DNA of 63,941 nucleotides. Origin: Octopus bimaculoides. Its lineage: Eukaryota. Position numbers and translations under genes: made by a program. The DNA lies in the NCBI RefSeq assembly GCF_001194135.2, contig NC_068984.1, forward strand, positions 140,542,974 through 140,606,914, in the 5' to 3' direction. Below, one piece after another: positions 55,000 to 63,941 of the stretch. The notes under the pieces were generated by a model. The model was given only the letters and a program-made list of their open reading frames with translations, made no database searches and was not told the origin of the DNA. Within the stretch, counting starts at the first letter, position 1, and each line of letters opens with the position of its first letter.

Positions 55000-55880
55000 A
55001 AGCAGAGAGCTTGCAGAACCAATAGCACACCAGACAAAATGCTTAGCGCTATTTTATCCATCTTTATATTCTTAGTTCAAATTCCGCCAAAGTTGACTTT
55101 TACTTTCATCCTTTTGGGATGCATAAAATAAGTACCAGTTGAACACTGGGGGCCAATGTAATCTGCCAGACTAGGTGGCCTTGTGCCAAAATTTGAAACC
55201 AATATTATCATTATTATTATTATTATTAAGGTAGTATTACCGTACCAGATAAAATGCTCTGTGGTTTTCTGGCCCTTCACAAAATAAGTACCAGTTGAAC
55301 ACTGGGAATTAATGTAATCAACTAACACTCTCTTTCAAATGTTAGGCCATGTGCCTTTAATAGAAAGGGTTATTAATATTATGAAGGCAGTGAGCTGGTT
55401 GAATTCTCAGTGCCTGATGAAATTCTTTGCAGCGTTTCATGTAGTGTTTTTACATTCTGAGTTCAAATCCTGGCGAGGTCAACTTTGCCTTTCATCCTTT
55501 CAAAGCCCATAAAATAAAGTACCAGTTGAGTACTGTGGTCAGTGCAATCAACTTATCCCACCCTTCAAAATTTTGAGTACTGGGGTCAATGCAATCAACT
55601 TACCCCTCCCCTCAAAACTGTTGGCCTTTTGCCAAAATTGGAGAGAATTATCATCATTATTATTATTAGGCAGCATGCTGGCAGAGTCGTTAGCATATCA
55701 GGCAAAATGGTTAGCAGCATCTTGTCAGTCTTTATGTTCAAATTCCACTGAGGTCAACTTAGCCTTTCTTCCTTTCAGGGTCGATAGAATAAGTACCAGT
55801 TGAACACTGGGGTTGATGTATTCAACTTATCCCCTCCCCCTTGAAATTAATTGGCTTGGTGCTCTAAAATTTGAAACCAT
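55000..55880 (+). repeat. Head-to-tail array of diverged SINE A copies (more decayed copies continue to about 56500)
   Basis: Repeated GAGTTCAAAT...TTTCATCC...AAGTACCAGTT blocks, all on +. Confidence 0.75.
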
Positions 55881-58800
55881 TATTATTATTGTTACTGATT
55901 TTTTAAAAAATATTTTTTTTAATATATTCTTTGGTTTCTTAGCAAGTTTCTTATTGACTTTGGTTAGTTGGCAGTATAAACAAAGAATGACCGATAACTG
56001 AACGACTGTCATCTGGTGTAATATTAATGGCTGGCTGACCTTATCAGTACCTTCTCTGTTGTAAATCAGCCAAGCCAAATAAGGGAGTCTTTTGTATGTT
56101 GCATGCATCATTGTTATTGTATGTATTCAAGCAGTACGTAGGCAGAATTGTTTGACTGTCAGAATAGATACTGCATGGTAGTCCTTCTGGCTCTTTATGT
56201 CCTGAGTTCAAATCCTACCATAGTCAACTTTTGTCTTTCATCAACTCTCAAGACCATAAAGTATCAATCGAAGAACTAAGGGCAATTTACTCAATTAAAC
56301 CTCTTAAAATTTCATGTCTTGTGCCATTGTAAGAAAGAATTATTGGTGTATTATGGCAATGGGTTGGTAGAATCATTAGCATCAGAAAAAAATATCTTGC
56401 AGTGTTCATTCCAGCCCTTCATGTCCCATTCAAGTACTCAGATTGATGTAACTAACTCCTTCCTGCAAAATTACTGGCCTTATGCTGCTGAGATCAGAAA
56501 CCCTTATTTGGAACATAACACAACATAATAGCATGGCATTATGAAGGTGGGGGGAACCATACAACTGGGGGGACCATATTTAAGCTAACCTGGATCACAA
56601 TGTCAGCATGGAAAATGAACATTAAAATGATGATGATGATGATGTAAAAGTTGTCAGTCCAATTTACGCCTTGGCTTCAGTTTCAAGTTAAAGCTGTTGA
56701 GTTTCTTACTGTATGATCTTGAGTTCAAAACTGTAAGGAAAAAATTGTGTTGTTTACCAAATAATGTTTATAATTCTTTTTGGCTAAGTTTGCTTGAGTG
56801 AAAGAAAAACAACCTCAGACAAATCTATGACTCTATTCCGTTCCTAATTCATAGTTGAGTTGTTTATGATTGGAAAGGCCAACTGATACAATAACAAGCA
56901 AATGTTTAAATTTGCACACTCCCAGCAACAGAAGTGATATGAAACTCTCAAGAAAGCCGAATAGAAGGTTTTCAGAGAACCTCACCTCAGACAAATGCTT
57001 CAGCTCTTAACTTCTTAAACTCTTAGGGAAATAGGCCACATCCAGGTCATGGCTCCTGGGCGCTCTTCTCTTGACACGTTTTAGTCAATTAGATATCGGA
57101 GACTAGTGCATTTAAGCTACTTGGGAATTTCATCTGGCTGTGACTCCTGAAGTTCCAACTTGATGAAATCTCCAAAATTTACATATCAACATGAAAAATT
57201 TATAATTCTTTTAGAAAATTGTTCATATTTTATAAAAAATATGTACATTTCACCATATGGCAATTTTCTTGGATTAATGCGAAATTGCATTTTCTAAAAT
57301 AGATTCTGGCCAATTAGGAATTCCACTTGATTTTTCTTTTGTGTTTGACTATCTATCACCTAATTAAAGTTTTTTTTTTTTTTTTTAATTATTGTCGTCC
57401 AGTTTCCATTGACTCTCAGCATTATTGTTGCTCTCCTGTATCACATTTCTAATTAGACATTAATCATGATTGATTACTCTTCCACTATGTTTATCACTCA
57501 CTACGTTTTCTTCTATCTCCATTCCTCATCCTTCTGCCACTCTTCTTTCACACCCCCATGAACTTACGTACCCACCTATACCACTTACATTCGCTTTCCT
57601 ATAAAATGGGGGATGGCTGTGCCTTCACATTTCTTTACCATCTTCTTTCTTTTCCAACTGGGGTAACCATCCATCCCTTTGACAGCTATACACCTGTTCC
57701 TCTATCATACTTTAACCTCTCATCACCTGGTATAAAGCCACCTTCCCCACTCAGCTGAGGGGCTCTTGTCTTGCACATTACTTGGTGACCTCATTGGTGT
57801 TGGTGCCACATAGAAAGCACCCAGTACATTCTCTAAAGTAGTTGGCATCCAGTCACAGAAACCATGCCAAACTGGAGTTTTGGTGCATGCAGTCCTCTGG
57901 CTCATCAGCTCCATTTCAACTATCCAATCCATGCCAGCATGGAAAACATGACATGGAGTGATGATGGTAATACACTAAATAGTGTATGAAATAAAACAGT
58001 TTTATGTATGTAGACATTGTGTGTCTTCTTGTGAATATTGGTTTTGGTTAAAGCTGAGGATAACAAGAGCACATGACCAGCAACTGCAATGGTGATGTCG
58101 AGTTTTTAAAACTCTGCTTTCAAATCCAGTAAGAACTAAGTCAGGGGGCCTCTTATTCGGTCATAAACTCTTTATGGACCTTGTCATTGCATACAGATTG
58201 TAGCATTTCTCTGACAAGAAACTACCAAGTTTAATCTTAAGATATGCATCATTCAACATAACATTAGTCCGACAATTATTGATATCTTATAAAGCTCTGA
58301 TGAGGTCCACAATGAAGTACCCCTCTCTGATGAGGTCCACAATGAAGTACCCCTCTCCCATTTCGGATGGGACTGCTGCTGCTGCTTCTGTATACAGACA
58401 TTTTAGATGGCACTCAGAAATGAGTCACCTGATTGATAAGCATAAAGTCATTTACAGAAACATTCCAGTCTCTGGCTGACAGGTGTGCATTCTCCTCCTC
58501 CTCCCCTTTTTTTACCCTTACTATGAGAACAGGCATGGCTGTGTAGTTAAGTTTGCTTTTCAATCACATGGTTACATGTTTAGTCCCACTGTAGGACACC
58601 TTGGGCAAGTTCTACTATATCCCTAGGCTGACCAATGCCTTGTAAATAAATTTTGTAGATGGGAAACTGGAAGCCCATTGTGTGTGTGTGTGTGTGTGTG
58701 TATTTGTTTGTTACCCCACCATTGCATAATTGGTTTGTTTATGTCTTCATAACTTACTGGTTCAGCAAAAGAGACCAATAAAATAAGTACCAAACTTAAA

Positions 58801-59008
58801 AATAGTTACTAGGATTGATGTATTTGACTAAAACCCTTCAAAATGTTGACATTTAAGTGAGATGAATCATTACTCCTCCATAATTGTTTGTTGAAATTCT
58901 AATGAGAATCAAAAGAGTGACAATTAACTTGTTCTCGTTAACATCAGTTTTGAACTGAAAATTTCTTCATACAGGAAATGAGCCTCATCTTTAAATAATT
59001 ATTATTAC

Positions 59009-59690
59009 AAGGTAGTGAACTGGCAGAATTGTTAGCATGCCGGGTGAAATGCTTAGCAATATTGTGTTTGCTGCTACGTTCTGAGTTCAAATTCCGCCGG
59101 GGTTGACTTTGCCTTTCATCCTTTCCGGGTCGATAAATTAAGTACCAGTTCCATATTGGGGTTGATCTAATTGGCTGGTCCCCTCCCCCAAAATTTCAGA
59201 CCGTGTGCCTAGAGTAGAAAAAATTATTATCATACAATGCGGGAAGCTGGCAGAATCGTTAGCACGCCGGGTGAAACGCTTAGCGGTATTTCGTCTACCG
59301 TTCTGAGTTCAAATTCTGCCGAGGTCGACTTTGCCTTTCATCCTTTTGGGGTCGATAAATTAAGTACCAGTGAAACACTGGGGTTGATGTAATTGACTGG
59401 TCCCCTCCCTGAAATTTAGGCCTTGTGCCTTTAGTAGAAAGGATTATTATTATATTAAGGCAGTAGATTGCTATCATCATTAGAATTATTAAGATGAAGT
59501 GCTTGCAGAAATGTTGGCAAGTCGGACAAATTGTGTTACATTCCGAGATCAAATCTCACTGGGGTCAACGTTGCCTTTCATACTATCGGGATCAATAAAA
59601 TAAAGTACCAGTTACGTACTGGGATCAATGTAATTGACTAGCCCCCACCCTTAAACTTGCTGGTTTTTGTGCCAAAATTGGAAACAATTA
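59009..59690 (+). repeat. Head-to-tail array of three SINE A copies
   Basis: Starts at about 59009, 59240 and 59500. Confidence 0.82.
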
Positions 59691-60850
59691 TTAACATTAG
59701 AGGAGAGAGAGAGAGTAGTTGTGCTTGACAAAATATCTTGTTAAAACCTTTGGTGTCTTGGTTCAAATCCTGTTGGGGATTGATTTTTCTTTTTAGCTTT
59801 CTCAAGTCAAAATGCATCTATTGAATCAACTGTTCCTATTCCAAGGTTTTTTTCTCAGTTTATGCCAAATTTAGAAATTCTTGTATTTAGGGCAACGAAT
59901 TAACAGAAATGGTTAAAGGAGTAACCTTGCCATGGTTGGCACAAAGTCTGATAGATTCAGCCATACTGGATTACTGTTGTTCCTAGCATAAACTTTGTGT
60001 CTATGCTAGAAATAATTATTAGGGAGTCACTTTTCGCCATTGTCAGTTTGAAAAGTTCCTAGTCACAGATATGGTTCAACAGATTGAGCTATAAATGTGG
60101 TCTCACTTTGTAGTTCACAAGGGCTTCAGAAACTTAGTCCTCTCAGGAGCAAAATTTGAATTAAAACCAATACCATTTCCATTAAGTAGAAGTTTCTATT
60201 TCTCTCTCTTATATATTTAGATATTGTTTATATTAATAAGTGCCTTGAAAACCAGAACAAACTTCCCTATATTGTGAATCTACTTTTGAAGGGGCTTCTT
60301 TTTCTGCTTTCTCTTTTGAGAAAATATTTAACCCCAATGATGCATTTTCACCACTCTCTGCTTTCTTTATCCAACTGGGGTTCCCATGTATCTCTCCCAT
60401 AAAACACCTGTTTCTGTTTCTCTATCATTCTTGAACCTTACATCACCTGGCATCAAGCTATCCCTTTCTTTAGTTGAGGGATTTTGTCTTGTGAGTCACT
60501 GGCAACCTCATTGGTGCTGGTGCCAGGTAAGAAGCTCCCTTAGCACATACAGTAAAGTGGTTGGTATCAGGAAGGGGCATTCATGTAAAAAAATCATGCC
60601 AAAGCAGACACTTTAGCTTACCACGGTTCTCAGGCTTGGCAGCTCCTGTCAAACCATCCAACCCATGTAAGCATGGAAAACGAGCAATAAATGACGATGC
60701 TTGGTACATTTGTATTTAGAGAGAGATGGGTGAGGGTAGGGAGAGAAGTTTAAGTCACTTTTTAACGAAATCGCTGGGAGACAATACTTCCTGCTTTATC
60801 CTCACTTTCTGTTTTAAGTGAAACTTGAAAAAAGTTGAAGTATTGGCCAA

Positions 60851-63050
60851 AGAATGCCAGAGCGAAACTTCCATCAACTGCATTGCCTAACTGACAGAGG
60901 ACTGTGAGTGCCTGGTGACACACTGGGTAACAAGTGCCCTTCCTTGGGCTGCACTTGACCGAGGACTATATTTCAGACAAAGAGATGAGTTGTGGAAAAT
61001 CCTGTCTGACAAATGGTGATCACATCTGCTCACCATCAGGGAAGCACTGGAGATGTAACCTCAGTATCTGTCTTCAACTCTTTCTGTCTGGTGCACCATG
61101 CGACCTCTTTTGCTAAGGCTTAGAAAAACTGCCTGCTTTTCTTGACGAAAGGAAGGTGGTGGGATGAATTTCACAATGGACTCAGTTGATAGCTAGATCT
61201 GTCTTACACGTGACAGATGTTTAGCATAAACCCACAAATCAGCAATGTTCAGGCCCATAGTTTATCCTGAACTGGCAATGATTCCTGGTAGCACTGCCAC
61301 TCCAAAGATTTCTGGAAATTATTCCTAGGCCCAGGCCTGAAAGCCCTCTGGAACAGACCATTCAACTCATTCTCATCAATACCCAGAGTCTCCCTGAGAA
61401 TGTTAAAGCACTTGCCTGCCACTAACCCTCTATAGAATGCCAGAGCGAAACTTCCATCAACTGCATTGCCTGACTGACAGAGAACTGTGAGTGCCTGATG
61501 ACACCCTGGGTAACGGGTGCCCTTCCTTGGGCTGCGCTTGACCCAAGACTGTAGCTCAGACAAAGAGACAAGTTGTGAAAAATCCTGTTTGACAAATGGC
61601 GACCACATTTACTCACCATCCGGGGAGCACTGGGGATGTAACCTCAGTGTATGTCTGCTCATCAGCAACTATAGCATGCCCATCCCTCCATTCAGACAGC
61701 AAATGGAAAGCCTGACTAATGGAATGCTTCCCTTCCACAGAAAGCAGAAGTCTGTGCTCCAGTTTGGCCGTAATACGTAACAGTAATATATAACAGAAGT
61801 GAATGTAAGCTTTTGCCACTTCTTGACTTGTCATGGATAGCTTTCTCTCAGCCCATTTGTGGGTGAGATTGGCTCCTTTGCTCATCACCTCATCGCAGTT
61901 CTACTCCAGCTGGGGATCCAGACCAAACCAGACTCCCTAGCAATTTAACTGGTCCCTCTGTCAAGCATCCAACGATATTATTGGATGGCATGGACCTGCC
62001 TCTCCAAGTGTCTAGCTGCTGCGCCACTGACTTCTCTGAGTTAATTTTTGCTCCTGTCACTGCCTTGTATTTTCTTAAGGCAGTGCCGACCAGGTCTATG
62101 TGCCTGGTTTTCAACACTATGATGGTGATGTCATCTGCATATACTGACTCAGTTCTCTCGTTTCCTAGTTTGTGTGGGATGCCTCTTCACACCTCCAATT
62201 TCTGCAGTAGTGGCCATAGAGCCAATATATATAGAAGAGATAAGAGGGTACACCTTTGATAGACGGAGCACCTGATGCTGAATGGTTCCTATTGGTAATC
62301 ACTCACCCAAACTAGGGAGCAGATAGTGCTGTACATTGCAGTGATCCAGCCATAGAAAATGGAACTGAGACAGGCGACCATGAGAACAGCCACCAAATAT
62401 AGGTGGTTGACCCTATTGAAAGCTTTAGATTGATCCAGATTGATCAAGGCCCCACCCATGCAGGTTTCTTTGCCCACCCAGTCTATGATGTATCACACGA
62501 AGTGCAGTTTGTGGATGGATCTGTTTGGGATTGTGCACATTTGTGCATCACCAATTAGTTCCTTGATGACAAGCGCCGACCTCTTTCCTAACACCCTGGC
62601 CAAAATTTTGTAATCTGTATTCAGCAGCATTATGGGCCTCAAATTTTCTATTTGATACCCCTTGTTTGGGCCCTTACTTAGCAGTGCTACCACTCCTCAA
62701 CTCACAGAAGTAGGAATTCTCCCATTCTGCTGCTAGTGGCCACCAAATAAGTCTTGCATATAAAAGTAAAGCTCATAGGGTCGCCCATCAAAAGTGATTT
62801 GTTGCCCTTCCCTCATGCAACCCATCAGCACATCCTGTATTTCCATAGCTATGATCAGCATTTTGCAATTCTCTTGTCTGCCAAAAAAAGGGCATGAAAG
62901 CTTGTCGGTTGGAGAATCTGGTTTCACTGATAGTCACTACACATAAACTTAGTGACCTGAGGTCATTGTGTAGATAGTCCTGTTTCCAAGGCAACCCCAG
63001 ACCACTTACACGAACGCTATTCTGAGAGCAAGGCCATGCTTGTCGGGAAG
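60851..63050 (-). mobile_element. Decayed L1/Tx1-clade LINE (APE endonuclease start, RT, C-terminal region), internally deleted and partly duplicated
   Basis: NV.GL.LPWKQDYLHNDLRSL...ISETRF (APE); LRPIMLLNTDYKILARVL, GALINLDQSKAFNRVNH, TGAKINSEKS (RT); 60851-61080 repeats 61434-61660. Confidence 0.85.
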
Positions 63051-63429
63051 AAGGAGAATAAAGAGAATCGCCATATTTTTTGTGTAGAGACAGATGTTCT
63101 GTCCGTCTGGCTGTTTCTGGGTGTCAATATAGGCATTTCCTTGTAGAGCCTTTTATTTATAATCCCTTAGAAATCTATTCCTTTGGGATATTTCACTTTC
63201 AGTTTGTTGCTTTATTTAGGAGTGTCATGTGGGGGCAAGATGTATTCATTTAGAGTGATGTCTGTGTAATCTTGGATATGTTTTAAGTTATTGTTGTTTG
63301 TGTCAATGGCTGTGTAATTAGTGATATTCATGTTGTTGGTTTGGATTACTCTGTTTCCATTTGTTGTGATGGTAGTGGTATTTGTTGTGTTGGATATATT
63401 TGTAATTGCAGTGGTGTGTGGGTATGTGG

Positions 63430-63941
63430 TGGTTTCAACTGATCCAAATTGATCAGGGCCCCACCCATGCCAGGTTTCTTACCCACCCTCTCTATGATGT
63501 AGTGCATCAGATGGAGGTTGTTGTAGATAGTTCTGTATAGGATACCACACACCTGTGCGTTACCAACCAACTTATTGATGACAAGCGCTAACCTCTTGGC
63601 TAACACCTTGGCCAAAATCTTATAATCTGCATTTAGCAGAGTTATAGGCCTGAAATTTGTCTCCTCTGTTCAGTTCTTTCCTCAACAGCACCACCACTCC
63701 AAGGCTCACGGTACTGGGAACTCTCCCGTTCTGCTGCCAGTTGTGGTAAACATCTGTCAAGAGACCACTGAAAAAGCCTGGCATATGAAAATAAAGCTCA
63801 AAGATCAGACCATCCTTCCCCGGAGACTTCTCTCTTGGGAGAATTCTTTGCTAGACTTGCGCCTATCCCTAAGGGATGATAGCCTTGAATATCTGCAGTC
63901 GTTTTTTGAGAGTTTGGAAGGTTTTCCAGTTCTTGGTTTGT
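63430..63941 (-). mobile_element. Second L1/Tx1-clade RT fragment, running off the window
   Basis: AKVLAKRLALVINKLVGNAQVC...NLHLMHYIIERVGKKPGMGGALINLDQ, homologous to 62430-62700. Confidence 0.82.

Noticed and set aside
58295-58356. 30-bp tandem duplication containing CTGATGAG (hammerhead-like box)
   Set aside because: No stem II partner and no GAAA...UH; a plain tandem duplication

Overview
Repeat-dense, AT-rich eukaryotic DNA. The repeat families (tRNA-headed SINEs, RTE, CR1 and Tx1 LINE debris, mariner relics) and the N-gaps look like an octopus (coleoid cephalopod) draft assembly; this is inferred, not searched. The only protein-coding gene I can support is a + strand AGO-clade Argonaute (AGO2-like). 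It has 21 coding exons from 21226 to the stop at 50109, which splice in frame through GT-AG sites into about 900 codons (N, L1, PAZ, L2, MID, PIWI). Its true first exon is not identifiable. Main observations: (1) The slicer tetrad reads D-E-N-H, because the codon equivalent to human D669 is AAT (43662-43664). A single A-to-I edit would restore Asp, suggesting a possible editing-switched slicer; two other conserved residues are also one A-to-G change from consensus. (2) An in-frame-skippable exon of exactly nine 15-nt Gly/Pro repeats is bracketed by a 35/36-nt inverted repeat. (3) A tRNA-Ser-headed fold-back element carrying minimal Penelope-type hammerhead ribozyme motifs occurs three times, once in sense inside an AGO intron with its cleavage site disrupted. 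(4) There are several long potential dsRNA stems and a small array of covarying hairpins. All alignments were done by eye from recalled reference sequences, and repeat boundaries are approximate (about +/-10-20 nt).
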